From: Tubulanus polymorphus
Lineage: Eukaryota > Animalia > Nemertea
Direction of reading: 5' to 3'
Assembly (NCBI RefSeq): GCF_964204645.1
Contig: NC_134025.1
Location: forward strand, 24,532,299-24,596,298
Length of the DNA stretch: 64,000 nucleotides
Shown here: piece after piece, positions 14,501 to 28,600 of the stretch
Layout: the number at the start of each line of letters is the position of its first letter
Position numbering within the stretch: the stretch's first letter is position 1
The notes under the pieces: model-generated
Databases searched by the model: none
What the model was told of the DNA's origin: nothing
The model's input: the letters and a program-made list of their open reading frames with translations, nothing else
Made by a program: the position numbers and the translations under genes

Positions 14501-17500
14501 CGAATATTCCGAATGGAGGAATAATTTCTGGTGGTGCAGGGGATGACTGGTTATCCGTAGAAACACCTTGGTTATCTCGAATCTGAAAATAAACATGTCC
14601 AATTATCACGCATTCCCTATTGAACACTAGTCAGCCGTCATCGAAATCAATTCATTCGTTATTTTTCTTACCTTCAATAGGGTCTCGGAAAGTTCGCAAA
14701 GATATTCGAAGACACTAGCGTGAATTTCCGGGTCGCTGATTTCATTTACGTCACCCAGAGAACCAAGCATACGGCGCCATAACACAACAGATACATCTGG
14801 CGTCCATCCGGGAACCGTTCCACCCGCGAGTATACTACGATATTCTTCCTGACCATCTGCATCAATAATCCCTAAAATAATCATTTCAGGAAAGAGGTAT
14901 CTCAACGAACCGATTTCATTTCAGAAAACATACAGACTAAAAGCAAAACCGAACGTGGCATACATACCAGTTTCTGCTGCCTTTTCTTCTTCTTGTGAGA
15001 CCACAGCATCGATGTGTATGCTTTCACGGTCAGGTGTGGGAGAATCTTTGCCATCCTCCTGATGACTACCGGTGTCATCCACATCTTCAGCAGATGCCAT
15101 TTCAGCCGATACAGGCGATGGACTCAGGGATACATCCGGTGTCATGTGAACCAGTTCTTCATCTAAGTTACAGTACACTGATATTACATCTTAGTCAAAA
15201 TAATGAGAACCAATGTAAAGCCCTCTTTTTAACAACTGGGATTTGCATGACGAATCCACTGATGGAAAAATTTGAATAAATGAAAAATATGCTTTTTTGA
15301 ATTTTTTTCCATCCTCCCCAGGTAATCAAGCTCTTAAAAATCTGTCATCAAAGTTATTTAGCAAAAAAGGCTTAAGATGAAGAGATTAGAAGGATATGTA
15401 TTTACCGAGTGTGACACTAGCAGTGCCTGGTGTTCCAGCAGCCTCGGAATCTGACTGCGACCTATCAAGCGGCTGCGTGCTCTCTGAACTTTGATCCATG
15501 ATGGCGTATGGCACTTGTAACGAGCTATCAACACTTGCATAGCTTGTTGAATCGGTGTTAGTCATGCTGCTTGTAAGACTCGCCACCTCATGGTCTTCGA
15601 CTAATGAATGTCGATGGTGGTGATGACGCTGTGATGAATGGCTGATATTGACTGTGGTCTCTTGGTTCTCCTGAGCCCCGGAACTCATCGAACTATTGCT
15701 CGTCACTGCAATAGACATACATGATTATGTAAAACTACCAGAAGTTACACTCAGCAAAGAGGAATATAATTTTCCAAATGGCCAGACTACTACACTAGAA
15801 ACCAAATATCAAAACCTCATACACACCTGCACTATTGACACATATAAGACTAGATGTGGTTGTAGCTAGTTTAACACTGCTGTCTTCAGAACTCACAACT
15901 AGAAAACATTTGCATGATCAATTAATTGCCACAGAATTTCACCGCAAGGTGGAATTATTCATGAGATACGTAAAAGAACAGAACCATGGGAGTAGAATTA
16001 TAATTGGAATTGCGAGATCTAATCAAGTTTTTAAACATACCATTGATTCTTTCAGCTAAGTTACCATCACTACTGCTGCGTACAAGCAGTGGTGCGATAC
16101 TCGACTGTGATGGCACTTGTATCAGGTCGTTCGGTCCACCACTTTTGGAACGAGAACGATCTCCATCTGATTTCACTGACAATGCGTCTAATGCACCTAA
16201 AAAAGTATACAATGTACACAAATATTAATATTCTGCAGAAAAGGACTTTGATTTTCTATTCAAACTTGTTGCTTTAAAAGTTTAACTAGGTGTAGTAAAA
16301 TTACATGTACACGTACCAATATCATCAATGTTGAGAAAATTCATTTTTCATAAATTTTACATCTTAATCAATATATCATATGTGTTTATCTTTACGTATT
16401 TAATATTATTGAACATGATGAGCAGCTTTATTGATTTTTGAAACTTCATTATCATAATTACATGAATTTGTTATGATGAAACCAAAACCAAACCGTGAAA
16501 CCAAACATGCAATTCAGTGTACACATTTTTAGTTCAGTTATCTATTGAGTGATTGTCATGAATCAACCGAAACCCCTTCATGAATATTGCCGTTTTGTTT
16601 TATTGAATCTCTTTATAGTTGCAGCCAGTCGCAGTATGGAAAATTCAAATCAATGAGGATTTATTGCTACCAGAAAATGACTATAAACTAACAATAACAC
16701 AAGAACTCTACTAAAGCCATTGAGGTATTTAATGAGCCTATAACTCATTTCATATCAGAAATTCAGAGTTTAAGCTTAGTAAGATTCTTGTTGTGAAAGT
16801 TTGTAAGTGATTCAGAAAAAAATTTAGATAAATATAATTATGAATTTGAAAAAGGACAGAATAAATGTGAAGAATCTCATCCAGCTGTTGCAGGATATTA
16901 TGAACGTGAAAAATCTTATCGAACTGTTGTCCAATTTGATTGTTCCTGAATTAACAAGCGATGTACAAAGTACATATATTCTATGTATGATAACCACTTC
17001 TTTTGGGAGTAAATGGCTACGAAGACCATGAACCACCGGTTTAGAGAAATTCTGCATACACACCGCAAATTCATTCTAGAAGCGTCGAAGAGGTACAGGT
17101 GAAAGCGGTGAATCCGAAACTAACTGATCAACACCATTACGAATGACAACAGCGATTTTCGCTTCAAAAAAATTACCTTCTAATGATTCAATTTCATTGT
17201 CGTCGAATGAGCTGAGATTTGTGCATGCATTACCTTCAGGTCTTTGACTAGATTTAAGTAACTGTTGTTGTGATAATTGTTGCTGCTGGTTGAGTTCGTA
17301 TTCAGCTTTCGTCATCATGGCGGACTGGCTAGTCGTATTCAGCAACACAGTGGCGCCATCGGTGCGACTCCAACCTCGCGAGAATGTACGTGAACGGTCT
17401 GCACGTTGACCTGATAGCCAGCGAGGGGAAGGGATAATTCACGATATTAGGAACATAAATAAATGAAGCGATTGCGCAATGAAAATCATTCATCATCATC

Positions 17501-20500
17501 TGATTAGCTTTTTCTTTGGCATATTGTCGCCAACTCATGGAATTATAGTTAATAAACCGAGTAACGATCCGTCATTCAGGGCTTTCTTTATTTCCATAAA
17601 GATCATCACCCAGTTTACAACCTATACTTATGATAAAACCTTAACCTTATTTCAATGTTTGATGTGTATTCAAAATCATGGTTGAGGTAAGTACCGGTAT
17701 GTTTATTGGTTCCAAATATTCAGTTGTAAGTTGTGGAGCAGTGGAAAGGTTAAGTTTTATATCACAATCGAGTTAGCGTGAAAGCAAGTGAAAAATTGCA
17801 AGCTCAATGAAATTGATCTGTCGCATGAATGAATAGAATACCATAATATGCTCGATTGATTCTAGATTAACGACTCAAGTTCTATCAAATCAAATAACAT
17901 GCTGTTATAAAACTTCGGCGGTGTCGGGGCACAGAAATTTGCAGCAGAAAATCAAACCACATGCCGCGCCAGCACTGATTTCTAAGCGTATCTATGCAAG
18001 AAATTAAGACATCACACTTAGAAATCCGTGTGGGCAAGAAGAGAGAAAACTCTCGTGATGAATCCCCCGATTGAAAATCTTTTTCAGCCGACTGTGTTCA
18101 GTAATATAAGGCTGCACTTAAGAGTTAATCCATGCAGTATTTTCTACTTACCAGTCGGATCACGAGCCTTGCCACGAATTTGTTTACGCGTAGTTACTCG
18201 ATCAAGAGGTAGATTACGCAAGTCGAGGCCATAGACTAAACGCGCCAGTACACGAGTCAATACTCCCATAGTTCGCTGAATGAAATCAAATACAGTCATA
18301 CGTACAGGTACATTTTGAGATAATGGCATTGATTCTGAAGTTAGATAACAATCGTCAAAGTTTCTAACAGATTGCATCAAAGTCTTCAATAATATGTTGC
18401 TTAATTCAGTATTTAGACGAACTAGAGGATTTTGCAGTTCGTTCAAATGGATTATACATGTATTGTCAAGAAAAGACTGATGGCGAGATAGCATAAAACT
18501 TACTGCCCATTCATTTATCAATTCCTCCCACTGAGTTAACGACGACAGTACAGCGAGAAAGTGATCCCACAGGTCCGTAGAAATATACACATTCAAATTA
18601 GCTTTTATCCATGTTACGATAAGAGTCTGTGAATAAAAAAATGTGTTAGAACGATGATTTCGAGGAATAAAACAGTCTATGGCCGTAACTTTGAAATGAT
18701 ATCGACAGAATTGTATGACCCCTCGGTCGGCATAACAACAAATCTTTGGTTGCTACCTTGGCTAAGTCATTTAATTTTGGTAGATGCTTAATAAATACAA
18801 AATGGACCTTGTTCGCATTTTTCTGATAATCTACCATAGTCCTCATTATTTTCAAATTATCTTCACAATTTCTATTAGATTTGTATAACTAATACCATAT
18901 ACCTGAAACAAGGCCTGGGCCAGCCTTCCACCGAGTGTCTGTTCCCTTAGCGGAGGGGGTGAATCTCTCAATACGGTAGAAGTTATCTTCAGTAACACTA
19001 AAAGCAACTGCTCCCAGGTTTTCTTTTCTAAGTACAAATCCATGACGAGTTGACGCATTATTTTCAACACACGTTTACATAAATCAACCTGTAATCAAAT
19101 GAAGATCATCGATAATGTATCATTTGCATTTAAAAGGTATTTGTTGCAGGATTCTTTGCTTACTGCAACACTCAGGACACTCAGAAACAATTTCCAATAC
19201 ATTATTGAAATATTACCTGCGGTGGTAATAGTGAGTTTCCAGATGAGCTTGTGTCTTTGAGGAAAACATTCGCCGAGTTCGTAATGAACACTTGAATGGT
19301 TTTCTGCATGCCGGCGTACAACGTGACCGCGCCTTGTTGGTAACGATCGAGACTGTCATCACTGGCCGTATGAGACGAACCGACTGCACCGAGATAAGAA
19401 CTCGTTCGCAGACGACCGGAATTCGCAGTCGGCGTTGTGTTCAAAGCCTCCATCGAGGCTGAGCCGATAATCGAATCCTACAATAACGAGTCATGAGATA
19501 TTTTAAAATAACCGCTTAATATAGTTTGACGTACATTCATAACTCGGTAGGACATTTTCTAAGCTACACGTTCAAATTAAGCAGGTATTGCTTTGAAGAT
19601 CATTTTCTTGCCAGATTTTTGCAGGCATTTTCTAAGCAAAAAATTAAAACAGGTTTTCCAAGCAATAAATTGAAATAAAGCGTTCGCTGCTATGACTAGA
19701 GTGGAACCAAAAGCAACCTAATCCCATTGTATATGAACGAAAAACCAGATACCGGTAAAATCCATCACCTGAGGTAATTAAATGCTTCAGCACCACTAAA
19801 ATCAAAATATTCACTACACAAAACACTAAAATCAGTTCAACACAGACAAAACTTGGTATTTCATCCAACATATACATTATTCATGCAATTTAAAACAATT
19901 TACAGTAGTCAAAGCAAGGCATTGTGGTAGTAACCTCAGAATTGGTCTGAAATTTACGTATTATTGCCTATTGGGAACTAATGCTTCCTTAAAATCTATC
20001 TAAAACATGCAGTTAATACATGCAAGTGCTAAATATTTCACAATCAAAGCAATGCATTTCTTTGAACCAAGAAGCTGTCTGACAAAATTTGGCACTTCAG
20101 GCATAATACAATGACTAACATATTCTTATTTTGATCTAAGTTATCATCATTAAAGTTATCACAGATTTCTTAAATGACATATATAAATTTCCTAGTACAA
20201 AGTCAAGTACTAGAATTTCATACTGCTGCGCTGTTAGTAAGGATTGTGTTGTGAAGGTGATTACACAGCAAAAACTATCTAGATCTGATTCATATGTTTA
20301 CCTTTTTAATCGATTGCATTGATGGGCTACCTCTTTATCTTAAAAACTCCATCAGAACTTTTGATTTTTCAATGATAATACATACAAATTGGTGGTAGAA
20401 ATAGTTACAATTTTGAACCTTTTTACGGTTTAATATATGTAGAAAATTGTTTATAGGTAAATCATTTATTATATTTTTATCTTTTATATCAAGAACACAT

Positions 20501-23500
20501 AATTTGATTTATGAAGATGTGGATTTTTGATAATAAATCCGTAGAGATTTCAGCCATGCATCCATGCTCTAAGTAATAAAAGTTTCTAATCTACAAACAA
20601 AAATTTAACGCCTTCTGGACAGAAATCAGATCTAGATGTTGTTGCGATTGACTACCTTAGTGTTAGGAGTGGCTCTGATGATGGTAGTGCTGCCCCCTAT
20701 ACCGCGACTTACTGAACCGCTACTCTCATCCTCGGATATGTCCTCAAGTTTGTGCGTTGATTCACCTGCTTCAGGTGCGGCTGCCTCACCAGGCTCATGC
20801 ATAAAAATAGGTTTCTGGTCACTCTACAAATGGGAAAAGCAAATATTGTCACTCTTCAAGAGACCACCAGGCAGCAGAACTACCTATGATTGTATTTTGT
20901 GAGAATCTGTCCATAGTTTCAGTAATCCCACAGTGGGAAATGAATGAAGAATATGAAGACATGACATATGAAGAAGATATTTTCAATTTTGTCATTGGAA
21001 TAACACTTACATTTAACCAGCCCTTATACACAGCTACCACCCGTCCAATTGTTGATGAATGTTGAAGGGGCAAATGGAAAGCCTGCAATGAAAAAAGTCA
21101 ATGAACTAAGGGAAAAAACCCTGTTTACCATGAACAAGTGTTTCGGCTTCTTCTTGCAAATGAATTACAAAAGTATGTTTCTATTGACAAGATCTTGTTT
21201 TTGAGATTTCACTCACCAATCGGAATAATTCATGTACTAGGTTGATATTCTCACACGATGAAAACAAGTGATTTCTAACGATTTCATACTCATTGATCGA
21301 ATGTTGTTCCTCACTGCAGATACTTGAGTTCGAATCATGTTCTGTATAGGAGCTAGCAGTAGACAATGTACTTGTGTTACTACCCGGTATCTGCCCATCT
21401 CCCGCTGGTTCTGTCTGCTCTGGCTGTTCTTTCAATGTATCATCTTGTGGTCTGATTATATGCAAACATAAGAATAATATTTCATTCACAATGTCTGAAC
21501 TTGGAAATCTCTGAACTTTGAAAATAATGCGCAGTTTTTTTAAAATGAAAATACATTTGAAGATCTTACATTTATGTACTTTTTATTGCCCCTCAGCCCT
21601 GAATTTTAGGTAGAGAAAAAACCTATGAATACTTACACAACTGATTCAGGTTTACGGAAATTGTGTGTGAAGTTTGTTAGCCATTTAATGACAACCTCTT
21701 GGTAAACTGCTAGTTCCTCGCTAGTTTGCATTTGAGTCGCGCTCAGTCTCCCATCGGGTAAATCTGAAATACGACCTTGGTTATTAAGAATACCGTGTGC
21801 ACGAATCCGAGAGGCAAGTTTCGTTCTGGTATGAAATATCAATGATTAGTCCACATTACCTAGTACTGGATTATAGATGCTGTGATCTAAACAAAAATCC
21901 GGAAATATTCGCAGGAGATAATATTTCTTGAAGTACTTGAACAGAAAACTGAAACTAAACTCTTGCATTTTCTTATTTTCCCATTCGATCTTTGTCACCT
22001 GAAAGTATGAATGAAGGAAAGTAGCTTTTAAACAATTGTTCAAGGATTTTACTTTCTAATAATCAATGTAACTGATATAACTAGATCTCTCACCTCTGAA
22101 ACCATACAACTCATGAGCCAATCCAGTAGAATTTTAGTCATGTTATCAGGTGCTTTATCACCGCTTTGCACAGGCATTATAGGAGACCTTTCAACAGGGC
22201 TCACAGGTCCTGGAAAAGGAAAAGCAATAACATTTATAGGATATACAGTTTATGAAATAGACCACTGGTGGAATTTCCACCGAATGTTCCATTGTTGGAA
22301 GTTCAAAAGAACATCAACATGTAAATTGCAAATCATTTTCCAGAAGATTATGGTAAGCGACTTTTCCTACCAGCCTAACTTAGGTTCCCCAATGCCCATG
22401 CACAAACCCACTGAACTTTCTGACGAATGATCGCGAAAATTGGGATTTGTACACGCAAGCACCGGAATACTGGCGCAGTACTCTACCAACTGAGCTAACA
22501 AGCCAAATGATTCTAGGACAACTGCCCCCCGAATAAAATACTTTTTGATTTGGATTAACACCACCTAAAAACCTAACTTAGAAATTCATTTGCATATCAC
22601 TGAATATAGATTTATAAGATATAGAATAACTAATATTGTGTGCAGATCAAAAACTTTAAATCAGTCCTCAAGTTATTATAATTCACTTACCAAATTAAAG
22701 GAAACTTAATTAGTCCACTTATTAGTGCATTAGTAAACGTTGGTTAATTTATTGGAATTAGTTTTAGCGTTACTTTAGCCAATCAAAAACTTTAAATCAG
22801 TCCTCGAGTAATTAGCTGTGCTAATTAGCTAGCATTGGCTCGCTTTGTCTAATTAATTAGAAGTAAATATCTGTGTTACTTTAAGATTGAAAAGATTTCA
22901 TTTGGGGGGCAGTTGTCCGGGGGGGGGGGGGGGGCAATTGTCCTGATACCAAGCTGATACCAAGCCAAATGCCAACACCTCATATTTTCGAGTACTCATA
23001 GCTTTTAAAAAAAAGCTGTCATTTTGTTTTGTTCAGGTACTACTTTTGAGTAACTGCGGGCGGTAGAAAAAATTGTTTATTGCAGAATATATCCAATAAT
23101 GGTGTTAATTAGAAAATATCTACCCTGTATAATGTCGTCATTACAGTGCAATATTACAAGGTTTAATAGATTTACACCATAAACACAGTACATACACATT
23201 GGGAAAATAAGAATTAGGTAGGTTAGCTACCGAACAATAGAAGAGGCTACGATCTAAGAATACAATATTGATTAGTGGAAAACTTTACAGCAAACACATG
23301 AAATACCAGCTATACATTTAACACAAGCAAGATCAGAGCTCAAGACAAAGGACATGATAGAACGATAATTTAAGAATTAAATATAAATTCTTTCACTCAT
23401 TAGGGAACTAGAAGCTCTACTTATTTCATTACAGACATGGCGGGTCAGTACATATGCCTATGCATTTTGTGTGAAGAATTTAGATTATGATGCGAATTCA

Positions 23501-25293
23501 TTTTTCAGTGAAAAACAGGACTGTGTAGTGCATAACGGTGCAAGTGCATACAGGATTGGTTCTACACGCTACAAATAAATACATACCTTCATCAAATGGT
23601 GATTGTAAAGCTTGAAACAGTGATAATATAGTGGAAGATGAACGCTTCTTAATCACTTGGGGCCCTAAATCGAATTGAATTGTGCAAGACAACATTCATT
23701 TTCAACTTATCCTAGTGAAGAATTAATGTTTTAGAATTCTGAGTTCATGAGTGTCAAGTAGGTACACGTAGAACTATAACATCAACAATATCCCAAATAA
23801 AACCACATAAATACTTAGAGATCCTCAATCCTAGGACTATACCTCCGATGATATAAGTAATGTGATGTCTATGAAATGAAAATTGGTGCAAAAAAATACG
23901 AATACATATACATCATGCAAAAACTGACCAAGAAAAATGAATCATACCTTCTTGACTATGTTTCTTCTTTTCTACATTCCCATCTGCCTCGGCAATGAGA
24001 TTCGGTATCAAACCAGCGAACGTCGCATGGCATTCTTTCGTCGCATTTTCTTGCAGAATTTGATACCACATCATGAAAAGTCGGATTCCCTCCCGTCGTA
24101 GCTAAAATATATGAGAAGATGCTACGTGTAATCTACGCAAACAGGTTCGCCTTGGATCAATCATTTGATGGGCTTCATGAGAAAAGCATACCTTTAAAGC
24201 ATTGCCAGGATGAAGCAGTTTGTTCAGAAGACGTCCTAAAATGGGAAAGAAATGAAAGATATTTCTCTATTCAGCTGTAAGACGTTAAAGTTTATAAATT
24301 CTTCAAGCACCGTTTACCTATGCTGTGATACTGCCATCTTTTATGGATCAAATTCGGCAATAGAATAAGGATTTTCTGTAAAGAAAGCCATATATTACAG
24401 AGATAGATATAATATATGAGAGAGTGAGGACAATTTATCATTAGATTAACACATCGCATATTTACCTGAAATATTTCCAAGACATTTTCCAGTTCTTCCC
24501 TATGAGCTTTACTAGCTGCAAAGAATAAACAATTTTTTCAAAATAAATATTCTTTTACGTAAGCCTATCACATTATCAATCGATGTAGAGGATTGATTTT
24601 ACCTCGCTGTTTCAACTCGGCCTCTACACTTATGAATGCATCATAAAATATGTAATAGATATGTGAATAGTTGTCTTCAAAAAACTTCTTCGCTTCACTG
24701 ACATCAAAGCTCTCTGAAAGACAATAACGCAATTATTACAACTGGGACTTAATAAAGAGTTTTGTTTTCGATGACATCTTCGACCTGACTGTCACTACTA
24801 AAATAGGCCTAGTTCGTTCTGTGGCCTACACAACAGTCACCACACACATGACAAAACAATCTAAACTTTGTTTAGGAGTGAAGAACAGGGGTCAGTTGCT
24901 CAAAAGTTGGTTAAAGATAACCGTCCGTTAAATACCATAGTAACAATGAAATTTCAATTGTCACCATAGTCCATATCAACTATCCTATCCACTACTGGTT
25001 AACTCTAACCAACTTTTGAGCAACCAGCCCCAGGCTTTCTTATTTTACAATACCATGGCAAATCAATAAAATAACAATGACTATCATTGGGAAGATTATC
25101 TCGATTTAACTGACGCCAAGTGGGAGGAACGGACAAATATCTTAACATAGGAAACACAGACTAATGTAACAAAAAATTTGACAGTACCGAGCAGTAATTT
25201 GAGATGTTTCAGTCGTTTTGCAGTGTCTTTCCTTGAATCCAGCACATTCTGGGAAGACTTTTTAATGTCGCCATGCGCTTTTTTACTAAACAT
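8542..25293 (-). CDS. RALGAPA1: Ral GTPase-activating protein catalytic alpha subunit (RALGAPA1/2 co-orthologue), multi-exon; final exon(s) not in window
   Basis: Exon 1 (25293-25188) [31 protein letters not shown]. Later exons [65 protein letters not shown]. Rap/Ran-GAP domain exons [96 protein letters not shown]. All are flanked by GT-AG sites. Confidence 0.95.
22440..22505 (-). mobile_element. tRNA-derived SINE head (degenerate)
   Basis: Minus strand TAGCTCAGTTGGTAGAG (A box/D arm), then a decayed B box (GTACAAATCC); no intact cloverleaf. Confidence 0.6.
22509..22961. mobile_element. MITE, Mutator-like (9-bp TSD)
   Basis: TIRs GATTCTAGGACAACTGCCCCC / GGGGGCAATTGTCCTGATACC. Direct repeat AAGCCAAAT at 22500-22508 and 22962-22970. 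Internal 24-bp direct repeat ATCAAAAACTTTAAATCAGTCCTC. Confidence 0.75.
24889..25030. mobile_element. MITE, PIF/Harbinger-like (3-bp CAG TSD), in RalGAP-alpha intron 1
   Basis: TIRs GGGTCAGTTGCTCAAAAGTTGGTTA / TAACCAACTTTTGAGCAACCAGCCC, flanked by CAG on both sides. Confidence 0.8.
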
Positions 25294-25684
25294 GGCAACA
25301 AGTCAGCTATTTACTGAACGCAAGACGAATTATGATGTATTTTTCACATCGTTTTTTTGGTAATCAGCGAGGATGTTTACTTCCTGAAATGGATGGCGGA
25401 TGGGTGTGCGCATGCGCGACGAAATTAGCCAGGAGCCTGTTGCGGCGATTTTCGTATTGAAAACAATTCAATTAAAAAATTTCCAAATTTAAAAAAATAG
25501 ACTAGACTTGCTGGAGGCGTACTCATTTTTATTTTCTATTTGAAGGTTGGCTTTTTGCTGAATTTCTGATTTCAAATGATGTGTATAAAGATTTTCCAAT
25601 CATTTTTCTACGCCCTTCGAATCGATGTTTCAGTAACTGTTATTAGTGACGCATCACATCCACATTTGACGTCATCAAATCAAC
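25294..25684. promoter_or_regulatory. Bidirectional promoter shared by RalGAP-alpha and ArfGAP2/3
   Basis: Start codons are 391 bp apart, head-to-head. NRF1-type TGCGCATGCGC (25407-25417), CRE TGACGTCA (25667-25674) and ETS-like ACTTCCTG (~25379-25386). Confidence 0.7.
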
Positions 25685-28600
25685 ATGGCAGGGCAACCCA
25701 ACAAATCCGATATCTTGGCAATTTTTAAGCGATTACGCTCTATCCCCACGAATAAGGTAGTTGGATATTTATTCATTAGTGAAATCAATATCGTTTAGAA
25801 ATTTCGAGGCAATTTTGGGTGTGATATTATGCTTACAAAGCCGTTAAATCCGGCAGTGAAAGTTGGAAAAGGGAACAGCCGGTTCCGCGAATTGTCAAGA
25901 TGTACTTCCGGTGTTTATTGACCGTTGAAGGTTTGGGGCGCAGGTTGCTCAAACGTTGGTTAAATATATATTAGAATAGAATAAAATAGCCAGCAGATGA
26001 ATACCATAGTAACAATGAACTTTTAATTGTACCTATGTCAACTATCCACTGGTTTTAACTCATGCCAACTTGAGCAATCGGCCCCTGCTGTTTATTTTAC
26101 ATTCATTGATCAGACCTTTACTTTGATATTTAAATGTATTGTAATCACTTTCTTGTAGAAATTTTATCGTTTTGTATTTTGTATTGATTCTGTTTTACAG
26201 CAATGTTTTGACTGTGGCGCCAATAACCCGACTTGGGCTAGTGTGACGTATGGTGTGTTCTTATGTATTGACTGTTCAGCAGTTCATCGTTCTCTTGGTG
26301 TTCATGTTACATTCATCAGATCCACTCAGTTAGATACGAGCTGGACATGGCCTCAATTAAGATCGATGCAGGTTGGCGGTAATGCTAATGCTGTAAGTAT
26401 TGTCGCACGTTGCATATTGCCCGTTGCAACTTGGCTTAAGAAAGTTACACATACAAACAAATTATTGTTGAACCTTTTGTTCTAGAATCACTCTAGATGC
26501 TCAGAAAATGATGTACCCAAAAAAATTCTCTTGTAGCCCAAAAACCCCCTTAACGACTGTTTACGGCGCTCACGTTTATATACCAAGTACATGTACATAA
26601 CTAGGTCAAGGAATTTTTGGATTCGCCCTGACAAAAATTATTGTATGTAATTATAGACTGCATTCTTTCGACAACATGGATGTGGTTCAACTACTGATGA
26701 ACAACAGAAATACCGCAGCCGAGCCGCTTTTCTTTACAAAGAACGTATCGTACAAATGGCTAAACAAGCCATGCACCAAGCCGGGACACAGGTAAGCCGT
26801 GATTTATATATGACCTTTGACCTAAGACATGATTACACCATTTCTTGAACCTAGGGCCAGCATATTAGATTTGTGCTTACTCTCCTGAAAAATGTCAGTC
26901 ATTGGTACCTTATCTGGACATTTTATTCACAGCGTGAATTAATTGTGATCCACTATTCATAATCATATAGGCCTATTTCACGAGAACATATTTGCATTGC
27001 AGCTCCATATAGATACTGGTCATCATAGCGAACACGTACAAACACCCACGAAAACGGAAGTTGATTTCTTCAAAGATGTCCACGAAGGCTCATTCGATAC
27101 ACCACTATCAGAGGAAGCTAACCTGTCAAACCATTCCAATAATGTTCTTTCTAAACCGGAACCAATTCGTAATGGAAATGGCAGTAGTAATGGACAAAAG
27201 GAAATCATAGGTACTTATTTCCCCGCATTTCTTCGATTGTTTATGTCAATTAAGTCTTTGAGTTGAGTTCATTTGTTGAGATTTCGATGTTGTTTCAGAG
27301 GATGGACCAGGACCGAGTGTAGAGGCTGCGTTAAGCGTTTCACCCTCGCAAGCAATTGCTCAGACTTCCAATCGTAAATCAACTATCACTGGTCGTAAAC
27401 CAACCAAGAAGGGGGTGAGTATTGAAATTGTAGTCAGTTCAAGTGTAGTCTTTACCCTACCATACAATATTTTCATATTTGTTTGTTTATGCTTCGGTAG
27501 TTGGGTGCTAAGAAAGCTGGACTCGGTGCACAGAAAGTAAAAACAAATTTCGACGAAATAGAAAATCAAGCGCTTGTAAGAGATCAAGAAAAAGAAACTC
27601 TGGCAAAGATGGCGGCCAAGCAAGACGCACACAGCAAGGAGGAGGAACAGAAAAAACTGTAAGTTCTGTTATATTATGTAGGTTGTTGAAATTTTATGTC
27701 TATGATGTATCTAAGAATATATGTTTGTTAATAACACAGCGCTTCAATGAGACTGGCGTACAAAGATCTTTCATTGGAAGATGAAAGGCGTAAAAAAGAA
27801 GAAGACAAAATGAAGAAGGTCGATCCCAAGAAAGCTGCTCAAATGGAACGTCTAGGAATGGGTTATGCTAGTCAAAGGTATGTAACAAAAAATGATTGGT
27901 TGAGTTAGACGAGTTCGTCGACGTATTTTACTCTGGAGATTTTCCGTTGAATTTTCCATAGTCGAGGAATGAGTCATTCGGTGATGAGCGAGATGAAAAC
28001 AATCGAACAGGAAGCTCCTATCGACGATCGCAAGTCAAAGTATGACCGCTACGCTCCACGTACGAGGGACATCGATGATGACTTTGAAATAATTGGCAGC
28101 GGATTCACTGGTTCAGGGTAAGCTGAATGGTTACAGATGTGATGCCATACTACCTGATTTCACAATATACTTTGTGCTATGTTCTATCTGAATTGTATTT
28201 CTTTCATATTCTGTAAAGCGCCTAGTTCTATAAGTTTTAGATAATAATAAATGATGATAATGATAATTATTATTTTCACGTTTATCATCAATGAACAAGA
28301 TTTTCCTATAATGTTGATTAATTAAATTTGTTTGATTGCAGCTATAAGGACAATCTGTTTGGTTCAAAGAATGATGATTTAGGAAGCTGGGGCTCGAATA
28401 AGATGTCGACCTGGGAGAGCAAAGGCAGTACGTGGGATAAACCGAGCTGGGGTAACAACAACAAGTCAAACAGTTGGGATATCGACAGATTTGACAGCAA
28501 ACACGGTGGATTTACAGATTCCACGATACCGTCAAAAAGTGCTGATGATTGGGGGTATGTTAAAATTGTTCTGGCAATTTGTAACTTATGTTTTCTTGTA

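Noticed and set aside
15389-15396. AT-AC U12 donor ATATCCTT just after a GT donor (also at ~13546 and ~7588)
   Set aside because: No matching TCCTTAAC branch point and AC acceptor; the normal GT-AG junction keeps the frame, and the 8-mer can occur by chance in AT-rich DNA.
22440-22505. Functional tRNA gene
   Set aside because: B box and acceptor stem are degenerate; better explained as a SINE head.
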